64,000 nt of DNA, taken from the sequence record OZ035796.1. One strand, given 5' to 3'. Positions 20,301 through 30,939 of the stretch are shown piece after piece (position 1 is the stretch's first letter; each line of letters starts with the position of its first letter). The notes below the pieces were generated by a model, which saw only the letters and a list, made by a program, of their open reading frames with translations, was not told the origin of the DNA and searched no databases. The stretch is from Felixounavirus NRG857CP1. The translations under genes and the position numbers were made by a program.

Positions 20301-20794
20301 AGATTAAAGGATTTGGCAATTGCCCTACCTACGGTCATTGGGTATCTTTATGTGGGGAAGTTGACCCCACTAAACATTTTGGCTTTGTCTATTTAGTGCA
20401 CTGTAAGAAGACTGGACAATATTATATCGGAAAGAAACAGTTTAACAGTGTGACCAAAAGAAAAGTTGCTGGGAAGACTCGGAAGAAGATAGTCACTAAG
20501 GAAAGTGATTGGATGACTTATGAGACTTCTTCTGAGTATATTAAAAAAGATATTGAGAGTTTTGGAAAAGAATTTTTTGACTTTTACATTATTCAGACCT
20601 ACTACACAAAAGGTGGCCTAGTCTATGGTGAAGCAAACCTTCAACATAAATTCGATGTAATGACAAAAAGGATTGACTCTAAGCTCAGACTCTTCTACAA
20701 TGCCAATATTGCAGCAATTAAGTTTATCACTAAAGAAACTTATGAAGATGCTGAAAAAAGAATCCATAAGGTAATGAAAGCAAATTGTGCTTGA
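20297..20794 (+). CDS. GIY-YIG family endonuclease-like protein
   Basis: FVYLVHCKKTGQYYIGK matches the GIY-x(10)-YIG motif; 165 aa. Confidence 0.6.
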   Translation: MKIKGFGNCPTYGHWVSLCGEVDPTKHFGFVYLVHCKKTGQYYIGKKQFNSVTKRKVAGKTRKKIVTKESDWMTYETSSEYIKKDIESFGKEFFDFYIIQTYYTKGGLVYGEANLQHKFDVMTKRIDSKLRLFYNANIAAIKFITKETYEDAEKRIHKVMKANCA

Positions 20795-20815
20795 TAACTA
20801 TTGAGAGAGAATAAA

Positions 20816-21064
20816 ATGTTTAACAAAAGTAAAGCTGTGAGTCATGTAGCAAAAGTTGACAGCAAGATTGAAGAACTTGAGCGCATCCTTGCAAATGCTA
20901 GAGAGTCAATAATTAAAGAAGTTGAAGCTGTTGAGTCTCAAATGCAGCACCTAATGCTTAAACGTCAAGAGCTACGTGAACATCTAGAATATATTGAAAC
21001 ACGAGAGCTAAAGGTTAACAAATATTTTAAGGAGTCCGAATGTTTAACTCAAGAGAATCAGTAA
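20816..21064 (+). CDS. hypothetical coiled-coil protein
   Basis: ORF with start at the ATG preceded by AGAGAGA. Confidence 0.45.
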   Translation: MFNKSKAVSHVAKVDSKIEELERILANARESIIKEVEAVESQMQHLMLKRQELREHLEYIETRELKVNKYFKESECLTQENQ

Positions 21065-21795
21065 AAAACTGGAACCTTCGTTGTGGAAACACTCAAAAGC
21101 AACCTTACAGTGATGAGTATTGGGAATCTTTAAAATCTCAATCTCTGTGTATGCTTGAAGAAGCAAAAGAGCTTGTAAAAGCAATTGAAGAGAAAGACCC
21201 CATTGAGACACTGGATGCTCAGGCAGATTTGCAATATGTTCTTGACGGTTTGATTTATCTGTCACAACATGACCATAACGGTGCTATGAAAGCTGTTTGC
21301 CATAATAATGACCTGAAGTACACAGATAACTATGAAGAAGCTTTAAAACGTCTTGCAGACATTGAAAAGCGTACTGGTCAAGAGTGTATTATCAGAATGT
21401 CAGTAGTTGATGGTAAAGAGTGGTATGCTATTGTTCGTGCAGCCGATGGGAAGATTATGAAGCAATCAAATCTCCCTAAAGTACAGCTTGGTGAATACAT
21501 TGTAGAACTTGAAAGCCAAGAACTTTTTGTGGTAGTATCTGAGACATGCGTTATTTGCAAAGGTATTGTAGGTAGCTTAAAGGATTTGGGTGTAGATGGT
21601 TTTGTAGAAGTTAATCCAATTACCTCTAAAGCAGATAAAGACTTCTGTAAAGAGAACGGACTATGGATTGCAGATATTGTCTACTATGATGGTGAGCAGT
21701 TCCATGTAACCTCATACCCGAAACTGAATTATGATGCTAATAACCTGAAGTGCTGGTTAAAAGGGGTTGGTTATAATGGATTCACAGAACATTAA
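21040..21795 (+). CDS. hypothetical protein
   Basis: 251-aa ORF; AAGGAG Shine-Dalgarno. Confidence 0.55.
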   Translation: MFNSRESVKNWNLRCGNTQKQPYSDEYWESLKSQSLCMLEEAKELVKAIEEKDPIETLDAQADLQYVLDGLIYLSQHDHNGAMKAVCHNNDLKYTDNYEEALKRLADIEKRTGQECIIRMSVVDGKEWYAIVRAADGKIMKQSNLPKVQLGEYIVELESQELFVVVSETCVICKGIVGSLKDLGVDGFVEVNPITSKADKDFCKENGLWIADIVYYDGEQFHVTSYPKLNYDANNLKCWLKGVGYNGFTEH

Positions 21796-22099
21796 TAAAG
21801 AGGGTGTGGCTCAGAAGAGCCACTTCTCAAACTACAATATTTCTATGACGGTGTTTATGAATGACCCGTTACTAGAAAAATATGGTGAGACTCCAGATAC
21901 ACTTCTGGACAATGAACAAGTTTTAAAAGCAGTCCTGTACAAATACGGTATTGATATTGAGAAAGAGTATTCTTTTGAAATCTGCCAACACAGAAACACT
22001 TTTGGTAAAGTTGTGATGGCTCCACTCTTTATGGGCGTAGAAAGGACTGACTATGGCTGGTTGTATCTGAAAAGAAACTTGGAGAAATACCGTGTCTAA
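21776..22099 (+). CDS. hypothetical protein
   Basis: ORF 21767-22099, start at the internal ATG preceded by AAGGGG. Confidence 0.45.
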   Translation: MDSQNINKEGVAQKSHFSNYNISMTVFMNDPLLEKYGETPDTLLDNEQVLKAVLYKYGIDIEKEYSFEICQHRNTFGKVVMAPLFMGVERTDYGWLYLKRNLEKYRV

Positions 22100-22427
22100 A
22101 GCAAAAAAGCTATCTTATGATGACATTATCTCAGGTGCTAAGTTAGGTGTTGATAGTATCGGACAAGATGTTAAGCACGGAGACACAGTCATGTACTGTG
22201 ATGACCGAAGAGGTAGAAGTGCAATCTTGTTTGGAAGAATTGTTTGCAAGATGAGAGGTAATTACGTTGTTGCAGACATGGATGTGAACGTTACACAAAA
22301 ACTTGAAACAATTATGGATGCTAGCGCACCATCATGGTTCCTAAATTGTATGCACACCTCGTCAGTCACAAAAGTAAGTGATAAGTTTTACGATATGTGG
22401 CAGAATGAGCAAATTTTCAAGATTTAA
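22092..22427 (+). CDS. hypothetical protein
   Basis: 111-aa ORF, co-oriented. Confidence 0.45.
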   Translation: MSKAKKLSYDDIISGAKLGVDSIGQDVKHGDTVMYCDDRRGRSAILFGRIVCKMRGNYVVADMDVNVTQKLETIMDASAPSWFLNCMHTSSVTKVSDKFYDMWQNEQIFKI

Positions 22428-22473
22428 ACTATGGAGCCTCTTCGGAGGCTCTTTTCATCTGTAGGATTCAAAA

Positions 22474-24708
22474 ATGATTAAGACAATTAAAAAATCAAAC
22501 GGTACAGTAGTAAGCTTTGACCCAGAAAGACTGAATAAGTGGGCATCATGGGCAGATAAACGTGGGATTATCTGGTCAGAAGTCACTATGGAAGCCATGA
22601 AACGTGTCTATGAGGGTTGCACTACAAAAGAGATGCACCAAGCCATGATTGATGTTTGTGTTGATAAACAAACTCAAGAGTACTCAGATATGGCTGGACG
22701 ACTGCTTTTGGGTATTATCTACAAAGAAGCCTTTGGAGGCTTTACTAAGGTTCCTACGCTGGTTACCTTCGTTAAAAATATGGAGAGAGCAGGACTTTGG
22801 GAGAAGATGGATTATTCACAGGAAGAGCTTGAATACCTGCAAGGTTACATCGTACACTCAAAAGATATCTCTTACGGTTATGCAGTCTTGAAACAGTTCA
22901 GAGACAAGTATGGTATCCGTGATATTAAAACAGGAAGACTTTTTGAGTCACCACAATTTATGTTTATGGGTATGGCTATGAAAGCCTTTGAGAAGCAACC
23001 AAAGCACCGTAGACTGCAAGATGTTATCAAGCTGTACACTTACCTATCTGACCTGAAGATTAATGCTCCTACGCCTTATTTAAATGGTTTAAGAGCTACT
23101 AAATCAGGTTATGCGTCATGCTGTTTGATTAAGGCGAATGATACTGCTGAATCTCTAGGTATTGCTGCAAAGGTTGCCTATGACATGACCACAAAGCAAG
23201 CTGGTATTGGGATGCTGATGGAGACTCGCACTATTGGTGATGGCATCCGTCAAAATACTATTGAACACATGGGTAAGCTGCCTTATTATAAGCTTGTACG
23301 TTCATCTGTAGAGGCAAACAAACAGAAGAGTCGTGGTGGTTCAGCTAATAACTTCTACACTGCTCTAGACCCGCAGATTGAAGATTTACTGCGTTTGAAG
23401 CACCCTACAACGGTTCCTTCTAAACGTATTAATGAGATGGACTACTCATTCGGCACAAACGATTATTTCTGGCAGTGTGTTCAGTATGATACAGATTGGT
23501 TGCTATTCTCTTACAAAGATGCACCAAAACTCTATGACATGTTCTACACAGCATCTGCTGATGAGTTTGCTATGGCAGTTGGTCACGCAGTACATTCAGG
23601 AGTTAAGCACAGACGAGTAAAGGCTCGTGAAATTGCTAAGCTGTTTATTCAACAGCGTTATGCTACAGGTCGTGTGTATCCATTCTTCACTAACAATGCA
23701 AACACGCATACACCATTTAAAGAGTCATTGAAGATGTCAAATCTTTGTATGGAAATTGTGTTGCCAGTGTATGGTTTTGAGAAAGAGACAGACCTTTACA
23801 GAGATGATGCTGTGAAAGAGGATGGTGAGGTGGCTCTTTGCTTCCTAGCTAGTTTGGTTGCAGGGAGAATTTCAGAAGATGAATACGCTGACGTTGCTTA
23901 TTATGCTCTTGCAATGGTTGACTCCGTTATTGACCTTATGGATTATCCGTATCCGTCGATGCGTAACCATGTTCAGAAGCGTCGTTCTGTTGGGATTGGC
24001 CTTACAAATGTGGCTCATTACCTTGCGAAGAACTACGTGAACTACTCTTCACGAGCAGGTAAAACGAAGCTTCATGAGCTTGCTGAAATGCACTCTTACT
24101 ATCTGCATGAAGCCTCTCTGAGACTTGCTAAAGAGCGTGGTGTTCCAGAGTACATGAAGTTCACTAAGTATCCTGAAGGCTGGGTTCCTCCAAAGACAGC
24201 TAACAAGAAGATTGATGAAAAGCATGATGCAAAACTAAGATATGATTGGGATGACTTAGCACAACGTATCAAAGAGAATGGTGGAATCCGAAACTCTGTA
24301 TTAGAAGCTTACATGCCTAATGAGAGTTCTTCACTAGCAACTAATACGACAAATGGCTTGTACCCAATTCGTGACTTTATTTTAACTAAAAAATCTGCAA
24401 CTGGTAACGTACTGTTTATTGTTCCAGATTATGAAGAGTTGAAGTATGTTTATGAAATTGCTTGGGATATTGACACCTTTGATATGATTGATTGTTATGC
24501 AATTGTTCAAAAGTTCACTGGTCAAGCTATTTCTTCAGACTTCTATGTTGACTATGCAAAGTCTAAGAAGGTATCATTGGCTCAAGCTTTGAAGTACATG
24601 ATTTATGCCAACTCAGTTGGTATGAAAACCATGTACTACCTTAACAGTCGCATTGGTGTAGGTAAATCTGCACTGCAAGATGCTTATTGCGAGGGTTGTG
24701 GTGTTTAG
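22474..24708 (+). CDS. nrdA: ribonucleoside-diphosphate reductase large subunit (class Ia)
   Basis: 744 aa; N-terminal ATP-cone-like region; followed by the R2 subunit and glutaredoxin genes. Confidence 0.85.
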   Translation: MIKTIKKSNGTVVSFDPERLNKWASWADKRGIIWSEVTMEAMKRVYEGCTTKEMHQAMIDVCVDKQTQEYSDMAGRLLLGIIYKEAFGGFTKVPTLVTFVKNMERAGLWEKMDYSQEELEYLQGYIVHSKDISYGYAVLKQFRDKYGIRDIKTGRLFESPQFMFMGMAMKAFEKQPKHRRLQDVIKLYTYLSDLKINAPTPYLNGLRATKSGYASCCLIKANDTAESLGIAAKVAYDMTTKQAGIGMLMETRTIGDGIRQNTIEHMGKLPYYKLVRSSVEANKQKSRGGSANNFYTALDPQIEDLLRLKHPTTVPSKRINEMDYSFGTNDYFWQCVQYDTDWLLFSYKDAPKLYDMFYTASADEFAMAVGHAVHSGVKHRRVKAREIAKLFIQQRYATGRVYPFFTNNANTHTPFKESLKMSNLCMEIVLPVYGFEKETDLYRDDAVKEDGEVALCFLASLVAGRISEDEYADVAYYALAMVDSVIDLMDYPYPSMRNHVQKRRSVGIGLTNVAHYLAKNYVNYSSRAGKTKLHELAEMHSYYLHEASLRLAKERGVPEYMKFTKYPEGWVPPKTANKKIDEKHDAKLRYDWDDLAQRIKENGGIRNSVLEAYMPNESSSLATNTTNGLYPIRDFILTKKSATGNVLFIVPDYEELKYVYEIAWDIDTFDMIDCYAIVQKFTGQAISSDFYVDYAKSKKVSLAQALKYMIYANSVGMKTMYYLNSRIGVGKSALQDAYCEGCGV

Positions 24709-24763
24709 TTTTAATAACTATGAGGGTCGTAAAAGACCCTCTAAAAATAACTTTGGAGAGACC

Positions 24764-25021
24764 ATGAAAGATTTAATAGAAAAACATGAGCGACCTATAT
24801 ACTTGCTCCACAAGCCTCGGAAAACGATGTACTATGTGAGTAGTACAGATATGATGATAAAACAAAAGGATGACTCATGGGTTGCTGGTATCTCTTACAT
24901 CTCCACAGTAGATGGTAAAATCTATGCAAGACCTTATGAGATGTTTAACAAAGAAAATTGGGAAGTTTTAGACAGAAAACAAGCCTCAGAAATGATAAAG
25001 AAAGGAGAAATCACACTATGA
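24764..25021 (+). CDS. hypothetical small protein between nrdA and nrdB
   Basis: 85-aa frame from the ATG at 24764; TGA overlaps the nrdB ATG. Confidence 0.45.
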   Translation: MKDLIEKHERPIYLLHKPRKTMYYVSSTDMMIKQKDDSWVAGISYISTVDGKIYARPYEMFNKENWEVLDRKQASEMIKKGEITL

Positions 25022-26091
25022 TTAACCAGCACCCAATCTTTTTAGGTGGTGAGAGAAAAACTTTTGACTCACTCAATAAGCACTACCCAAAAATCTTTGA
25101 ACTTTATAAACAACAAAAAGCACAAGATTGGTCAGAAGATGAGTTCCCTTTTGAACAATCACGTCTTGATTTTGAGAGTGTCCCAGCATCAATGTCAGGT
25201 GTAATGCTTGAGATTCTTAAGTGGCAATGGGAAGCAGACACTCAAGTTGCTAAGAGCTTGGCATTTGCCTTTGCACCCTTTATCTCTGACGACATCTATG
25301 CAACTGCAATTATGAAGCAGTCTGAGATTGAAAACCTACATGCTCTTACTTACTCAGAGATTGTAAGACAATGTATTAAAAACCCTGAAACAATCTTAGA
25401 TGAGATTAACCAGAATGTTGCTGTGCAAGACCGATTAAAAACTGTGAATCGTGTTCTCGAAGAATTGCTGGATGAGGGTATAAACTATCGACTGAGTTAT
25501 GTCCGTGACTCACTTCTGGACAAAGACCCTTTACACTTCCATAAAGTGATTCTAAAAGGTCTATTTGCAGTGACTGCACTGGAAGGTATTTCTTTTATGG
25601 CATCCTTTGCATGTACTTTTGCACTTGATGCTCAAGATAAATTTCAGGGTATTGCTCAAGCTGTCCAGAAAATTATGCTTGATGAAATCCTTCACACTAA
25701 AATTGATATTGAAGTTTTAAAAGAAACTTTAAGAGATGATGAGTGGCAGAAAGCTTTTCAACAGATTCTTCCAGAGATTAAAGTAATCTTAGATGAAGTA
25801 GTTGAAAGTGAAGAGAAATGGTCGTATTATATCTTCTCCGAAGGACGTGCTGTAGTTGGCTTAAATACAAAGCTTCTTCATGAGTGGGTTTACTATAATG
25901 CTGCACCACTGTATGATATGTTTGGCATTCCCAGAGATTTTGTAGCTCCTAAAGAACCACCTTTGAAGTACATGATTAAGAAGATGGAAATTGATAAAGA
26001 GCAGAATGCTAATCAGGAGCAACAGAACGGTGCGTACCTATTGAATACTGTTGTAGATGATTTGAATAGTGGATTTTTAGAGGTTCCTTAA
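25018..26091 (+). CDS. nrdB: ribonucleoside-diphosphate reductase small subunit
   Basis: Ferritin-like R2 protein; start at the ATG at 25018 preceded by AAAGGAGA. Confidence 0.8.
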   Translation: MINQHPIFLGGERKTFDSLNKHYPKIFELYKQQKAQDWSEDEFPFEQSRLDFESVPASMSGVMLEILKWQWEADTQVAKSLAFAFAPFISDDIYATAIMKQSEIENLHALTYSEIVRQCIKNPETILDEINQNVAVQDRLKTVNRVLEELLDEGINYRLSYVRDSLLDKDPLHFHKVILKGLFAVTALEGISFMASFACTFALDAQDKFQGIAQAVQKIMLDEILHTKIDIEVLKETLRDDEWQKAFQQILPEIKVILDEVVESEEKWSYYIFSEGRAVVGLNTKLLHEWVYYNAAPLYDMFGIPRDFVAPKEPPLKYMIKKMEIDKEQNANQEQQNGAYLLNTVVDDLNSGFLEVP

Positions 26092-26333
26092 TGACTTATG
26101 TAATTTACTCCAAAACTGGATGCCCTCAGTGTGAGACTGCAAAGAATTTTGCAAAAGCTCGTGGTATTGACCATGTTGTGAGAATGTTAGGGCAGGATTA
26201 TGAACTGTCAGACCTGATGGATATTGCACAGATGCCAGTTCGTCAGATGCCATTCATCATGAAGACTGATGGTCAAAATCTAAAACCTGTTGGGATGCTA
26301 CAGAATTTTATGGCAGAGGTGAATAATGCTTAA
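26091..26333 (+). CDS. glutaredoxin-like protein (NrdH-like redoxin)
   Basis: 80 aa with CPQC active-site motif near the N-terminus; directly after nrdB. Confidence 0.75.
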   Translation: MTYVIYSKTGCPQCETAKNFAKARGIDHVVRMLGQDYELSDLMDIAQMPVRQMPFIMKTDGQNLKPVGMLQNFMAEVNNA

Positions 26334-26532
26334 ACGCCTTTGGGAAGGTTTGGTTGTTGATGCACCAGCCATTGTGATTGGTATGCTTGTTGTTAACCTA
26401 TTTACTGATTTTGAACAAGGTTCATTGTTTGGAGCCATGCTATTATGGGTTATCTTTGAAATATTAGAGATACAGCTAGGCATCACTGAAAAACTAAGAG
26501 AAATCTTTGCGAAGTTTTCTAAAAAGATTTAA
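26326..26532 (+). CDS. small membrane protein
   Basis: 68 aa, two hydrophobic segments. Confidence 0.45.
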   Translation: MLKRLWEGLVVDAPAIVIGMLVVNLFTDFEQGSLFGAMLLWVIFEILEIQLGITEKLREIFAKFSKKI

Positions 26533-26538
26533 AATGAA

Positions 26539-26562
26539 AGGGTCTCTTCGGAGACCTTTTTA
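26539..26562 (+). terminator. rho-independent terminator candidate
   Basis: GGGTCTC-ttcg-GAGACC hairpin followed by TTTTT. Confidence 0.55.
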
Positions 26563-26580
26563 GCATGTAAAGGGGCAATA

Positions 26581-28725
26581 ATGAACAAAGTACAGATTAT
26601 TAAAAAGAATGGCTCACTTGAAGAACCTGATATCAAAAAAGTTTTAGCAGCAGTCACAAAATCAGCTAACAGAGTTGGTTATAAAGAGCTTCCACCAGAT
26701 GTTACTCAAGCTCTTGAGTCAGCATTTATGAGGATTCTGGTAAAGTCCACTAAGCAGAATAATTTGCTAATTTCGGTAAATGATATTCACAGTATTGTTG
26801 AGGGTGCTTTGGCAGAAGTCAATCACGAGATTTATGAGTCTTACTCAACATATAGAAATTACCGTAAAGAAGTTGCTCAAAATTGGGATGAACTCTACCA
26901 GAAGACTAAAGATACACTCTTCTTAGGTGACCGTGAAAATGCTAACTTTGACAGTAGTTTAATTTCTACAAAAGGTTCAATTATTCGTGGTTATCTGACT
27001 AAAGAAATCTTTAAACAGTACCATTTAACACCAGAGGAACTGGAAGCCATTGAAAAAGGATTTATCTATATCCATGATTTAAGAGACCTGATTTTTGGTG
27101 GTATCAACTGTTGCCTGTTTGACATTGGTAAAGTCCTGAAAGGTGGCTTTGAAATGTCTGGCATCGAATATTGTGAACCAAAGTCTGTGCTGTCGGCCTT
27201 ACAGGTTATTGGTGACGTAGTTCTTTCAGCAACTGCACAACAATTTGGTGGCTTTACTTTAGCAGAGATTGATAAGGTACTTGTACCGTATGCTAAGAAG
27301 TCTCTACGCTATCATGCTGAGAAAGCAGCATCTTATGGTATTCCTAAAGAACATTACCACAATTATGTCATGGAGCAGCTACAGATTGAACTGACTCAAG
27401 GTTTCCAGTCACTTGAAATGAAACTAAACACTGTACCTTGTAGCCGTGGGGATTTTGCATTCACAACTTTGACATTCGGGTTACTTGACTCAGATATGTC
27501 CAATGAAGATAACCGACTGCAATATATGATTGCAAGTACCCTCCTAGATGTTCGTATGAATGGTCAAGGTAAGAGCAAGAAACCTGTTGTATTCCCTAAA
27601 CTGGTTTATATTTATGACCAGAAGAGACATGATGAAAATATCTGTCAAAGTCACCTGTACAGTAAAGCTATTGAGTGTTGCTCTAAAGCAATGTATCCAG
27701 ACTTCTTAAGTGTATCTGGTCATGGTGCTGTAGCAGAGGCTTTTGAGCGTTCTGGCAAGGTTATTTCGCCGATGGGTTGCCGAGCGTTCTTATCTCCGTA
27801 TCTTAACGAGAATGGGGAAGAGTTCTACGTTGGTCGTGCTAACATTGGTGCTGTATCTTTGAACTTACCAATGATTTACCAGTATTCTAAAGAGAATGGT
27901 TTAGATTTCTGGAAAGAGCTTGATAAGTACCTAGAGATGATTCGTAGTTTCCACAAGAAACGTTACGAAATGATTGCTAATATGCCAGCAAGTTCTAACC
28001 CTCTTGCATTTACACAAGGTGGTCTGTACAAAGGAACTAAGAAGCCTACTGACAAGGTTGGTTGGGATATTGTGAAGTCCTTCACAGCTTCTTTTGGTGT
28101 TACTGCGCTTGATGAGCTATCTGTTCTTGCTGAAGGTAAACGACTTCATGAAGTTGGAAGCTGTAGTTTTGCATACGATGTTCTGGCATACATCAACATG
28201 AAAACTGAAGAGTTTAAAAATGAAGATGGCTTCTTATATGCCGTCTATGGTACTCCAGCAGAATCACTTTGCGGAACTCAGTTAAAACAGTTCAGAGATA
28301 TGTTTGGCGTTATCAAAGGTGTTTCTGATAAGGAATACTTTACAAACAGTTTCCATATGAATGTTGCAGCAGACATCTCACCATTTAAGAAGCAGGACTT
28401 AGAAGAGCCATTCTTCCATATCTGTAGAGGTGGTAGAATCCAGTATGTCAGGGTAGCTAATCCAGAAAACTTAACAGCACTTAAAAGTTGTATTACCAGA
28501 GGGATGTTGAAAGGTTTCTATCAGGGGCTTAACTTTGACTTAGCAATCTGTGAACATTGTGGTAACAGACCAAAGGCTGATGTTGAAGAATGTGAGGTTT
28601 GTCATTCACACGATATCTCTGTGATTAACAGGGTGTGCGGGTACTTGTCATTCACAAAAATTAAAGGTCAGTCTCGAATGAATGACGCTAAGATGGCAGA
28701 AATTAAGGATAGGGTTTCTATGTAG
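26581..28725 (+). CDS. nrdD: anaerobic ribonucleoside-triphosphate reductase (class III)
   Basis: 714 aa; C-terminal glycyl-radical motif RVCGYLS preceded by a Cys cluster (CEHCG...CEVCH). Confidence 0.85.
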   Translation: MNKVQIIKKNGSLEEPDIKKVLAAVTKSANRVGYKELPPDVTQALESAFMRILVKSTKQNNLLISVNDIHSIVEGALAEVNHEIYESYSTYRNYRKEVAQNWDELYQKTKDTLFLGDRENANFDSSLISTKGSIIRGYLTKEIFKQYHLTPEELEAIEKGFIYIHDLRDLIFGGINCCLFDIGKVLKGGFEMSGIEYCEPKSVLSALQVIGDVVLSATAQQFGGFTLAEIDKVLVPYAKKSLRYHAEKAASYGIPKEHYHNYVMEQLQIELTQGFQSLEMKLNTVPCSRGDFAFTTLTFGLLDSDMSNEDNRLQYMIASTLLDVRMNGQGKSKKPVVFPKLVYIYDQKRHDENICQSHLYSKAIECCSKAMYPDFLSVSGHGAVAEAFERSGKVISPMGCRAFLSPYLNENGEEFYVGRANIGAVSLNLPMIYQYSKENGLDFWKELDKYLEMIRSFHKKRYEMIANMPASSNPLAFTQGGLYKGTKKPTDKVGWDIVKSFTASFGVTALDELSVLAEGKRLHEVGSCSFAYDVLAYINMKTEEFKNEDGFLYAVYGTPAESLCGTQLKQFRDMFGVIKGVSDKEYFTNSFHMNVAADISPFKKQDLEEPFFHICRGGRIQYVRVANPENLTALKSCITRGMLKGFYQGLNFDLAICEHCGNRPKADVEECEVCHSHDISVINRVCGYLSFTKIKGQSRMNDAKMAEIKDRVSM

Positions 28726-28732
28726 AATACAA

Positions 28733-29296
28733 ATGAATTACGAACTAATATATAATGCAATTATTAAAAAGGCACATTCTGAAAGGGGTGTGCCTCTCAC
28801 ATACTACAAATGTCAAGGTAAGGGTTATGAAAGACACCATATCATACCAGTATGTCTAGGTGGCGATAAAATTAGTGGAGATAACATTGCTTTACTTACA
28901 CCTAGAGAGCATTATATAGCTCATAAATTACTGGTTAAGATGTATCCAAACAATCATAAGTTATGGTTTGCATGGAGCAGGTTAGCTCATGATGGCCTAG
29001 ATAGGAAAATATCATCCAGAGACTATGAAAAGGTAAGGGCTTTAAACTCGAAAGCTCTATCGATTGTGAATAAAGGTAGGGTTTTCACTGAAGAGCATCG
29101 AAGACGATTAGGAGAAGCTCAAATAGGTAATACAAAGTCAAAAGGTTGTAAAAGGTCTATGGAAACAAGGAAGAAGATGTCAGAAGCCGGAAAAAAGCCA
29201 AAGAAAAAGAAAACTTGCCCGCATTGTGGCATGACTGGTGGTGCTGGTAACATGACTCGATATCATTTTGACAATTGTAAGAAAAAAAAAAAATAA
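28733..29296 (+). CDS. HNH homing endonuclease
   Basis: HHIIPVCLGG...N HNH core and a NUMOD-like FTEEHRRRLGEAQIGN segment; K-rich C-terminus; inserted between nrdD and nrdG. Confidence 0.7.
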   Translation: MNYELIYNAIIKKAHSERGVPLTYYKCQGKGYERHHIIPVCLGGDKISGDNIALLTPREHYIAHKLLVKMYPNNHKLWFAWSRLAHDGLDRKISSRDYEKVRALNSKALSIVNKGRVFTEEHRRRLGEAQIGNTKSKGCKRSMETRKKMSEAGKKPKKKKTCPHCGMTGGAGNMTRYHFDNCKKKKK

Positions 29297-29309
29297 CCTT
29301 ATGTAAAAC

Positions 29310-29340
29310 TTGACAAGGTGGTGTGGGTCTTGATAGGCTT
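29310..29340 (+). promoter_or_regulatory. promoter candidate carrying the conserved TTGACAAGGTG box
   Basis: TTGACAAGGTG followed 18 nt later by TAGGCT; same box as at 12980 and 55780. Confidence 0.4.
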
Positions 29341-29368
29341 ACATCACCTTTTTATTTGGAGTTACATT

Positions 29369-29704
29369 ATGGACTTGTGGCTTTATGTAGCAGTTTGTGG
29401 GATTGTATGTCTGATAATCTTATTTATTCTTGGAATAATGCGATTTAGAGACATCATACAGTCAGATTTTTTGCCTGAGTTTGCCATGATGGTTGGAGTT
29501 ATTGCACTTTGTGTCTTGGCGGTGTTCTATTCATACAAAACTGTGATATGGATGAAGTCAAACAATTGTGTAAAAACTCATCAACATCGTGAGGTTACTT
29601 ATTTTGTGAGTGTACTTAGTGGGAACACCACTGTACTTGTCCCACAAACTTCTGTAGAGTATCTTTACACATGTGATAATGGTAAAACTATATGGTGGAA
29701 TTAA
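29369..29704 (+). CDS. membrane protein
   Basis: ORF 29318-29704 trimmed to the ATG at 29369 (GGAG Shine-Dalgarno); two hydrophobic helices. Confidence 0.5.
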   Translation: MDLWLYVAVCGIVCLIILFILGIMRFRDIIQSDFLPEFAMMVGVIALCVLAVFYSYKTVIWMKSNNCVKTHQHREVTYFVSVLSGNTTVLVPQTSVEYLYTCDNGKTIWWN

Positions 29705-29706
29705 CA

Positions 29707-29907
29707 ATGGCAACACTCTTAAAGGTATTGACACCCACACTACACATAGTAATCTTCTTCTTTGGGGTTAGTGTTATGGTATGGGGTTTTTCAGACCCAC
29801 AATGGAGTTTCTCATATCATGGTCAGATGGATTTATGGTCATGCTTCAAACCATTTTTAGGGTTAGTCATAGCATTCAGTGCATTACCAACTAAGGTGAA
29901 ATTATGA
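29707..29907 (+). CDS. small membrane protein
   Basis: Start ATG immediately after the upstream stop; hydrophobic segments. Confidence 0.45.
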   Translation: MATLLKVLTPTLHIVIFFFGVSVMVWGFSDPQWSFSYHGQMDLWSCFKPFLGLVIAFSALPTKVKL

Positions 29908-30299
29908 TTAAGTTGAGTCAAAAACAGTTAGAGTGGATTAAAGATTATGCCTCAGAGTGTGGCTCTTGTGAAAAGAATCACGTAAGATACTCAACATTCC
30001 ACACGGTCTTCACATTGTATATCGGCGACAATGTTCTAAGTGATTCTGTAGAAGATGGTGTAGCATTGCCTAATGAATTGCTTGACAAATTAGCTGTAGT
30101 CACTGGAACTTGGTCTGAAGAAGATGGTCACGAACTATCTGATGATGTTGTCTTCTACAGTCTTGAAAACATCATGAATCCAGAGTACATTATGCTAATG
30201 ACTTGCGCACAAGATTGTGTACCATTACAAAACTTCATTAAAGAGCACTGTGAAGAATTTATTACTAAACAGGTTCCTTGTCAGGTGGTGTTTGAATGA
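29904..30299 (+). CDS. hypothetical Cys-containing protein
   Basis: 131-aa ORF, ATGA overlap with upstream gene. Confidence 0.5.
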   Translation: MIKLSQKQLEWIKDYASECGSCEKNHVRYSTFHTVFTLYIGDNVLSDSVEDGVALPNELLDKLAVVTGTWSEEDGHELSDDVVFYSLENIMNPEYIMLMTCAQDCVPLQNFIKEHCEEFITKQVPCQVVFE

Positions 30300-30358
30300 G
30301 TAAAACAATTCGAAGAAAAGGTTTAAAGAACGTTTATATTTATTGGTGAGGTAACTAG

Positions 30359-30844
30359 ATGAATTACATGGAGATTAGGCCATTTGACACAGCTAATGGT
30401 GAAGGGGTTCGTGTAAGCCTCTTCGTAGCTGGTTGTAAGCATCACTGCGAAGGCTGCTTTAACAGGGAGTCTTGGAAGTTTAATGCTGGTAAAGAGTTTA
30501 CTTATGCAAACCTCTACGGTATCATTAAGTTAATGGATGATGAGGCCATCAGTGGGTTGTCAATACTCGGTGGAGAGCCTCTGGATGATAGAAATATTCA
30601 AGAGGTTACCAACATATGCAAGCGTATTAAAACTGTTTATCCAGAAAAGTCTATATGGCTTTGGACAGGTTTTCAGTTACATGAAAAAATTCACCTTGAT
30701 GTGATGAAATATGTTGACGTGGTGATTGATGGTAAGTATGATTCATCTAAACCAACAGTTAAACCGTATCGTGGTTCAGATAACCAAAACCTCTGGAGAA
30801 AAGAGTACGGATGGCAAGGTGATTGTCAGTGGAGAGCAGAGTGA
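30359..30844 (+). CDS. nrdG: anaerobic ribonucleotide reductase activating protein (radical SAM)
   Basis: N-terminus MNY...GxGxRxSLFVAGCKHHCEGC carries the CxxxCxxC radical-SAM cluster motif; N-terminus resembles E. coli NrdG as recalled. Confidence 0.8.
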   Translation: MNYMEIRPFDTANGEGVRVSLFVAGCKHHCEGCFNRESWKFNAGKEFTYANLYGIIKLMDDEAISGLSILGGEPLDDRNIQEVTNICKRIKTVYPEKSIWLWTGFQLHEKIHLDVMKYVDVVIDGKYDSSKPTVKPYRGSDNQNLWRKEYGWQGDCQWRAE

Positions 30845-30939
30845 TTATTCTGGCAAATGGACTAAGGTATAACTCCAATTGGTATCACTGAAGAAGAACT
30901 TCATAAGTTCTGTATTAAACTTTAATGAGAGAGGCTAAA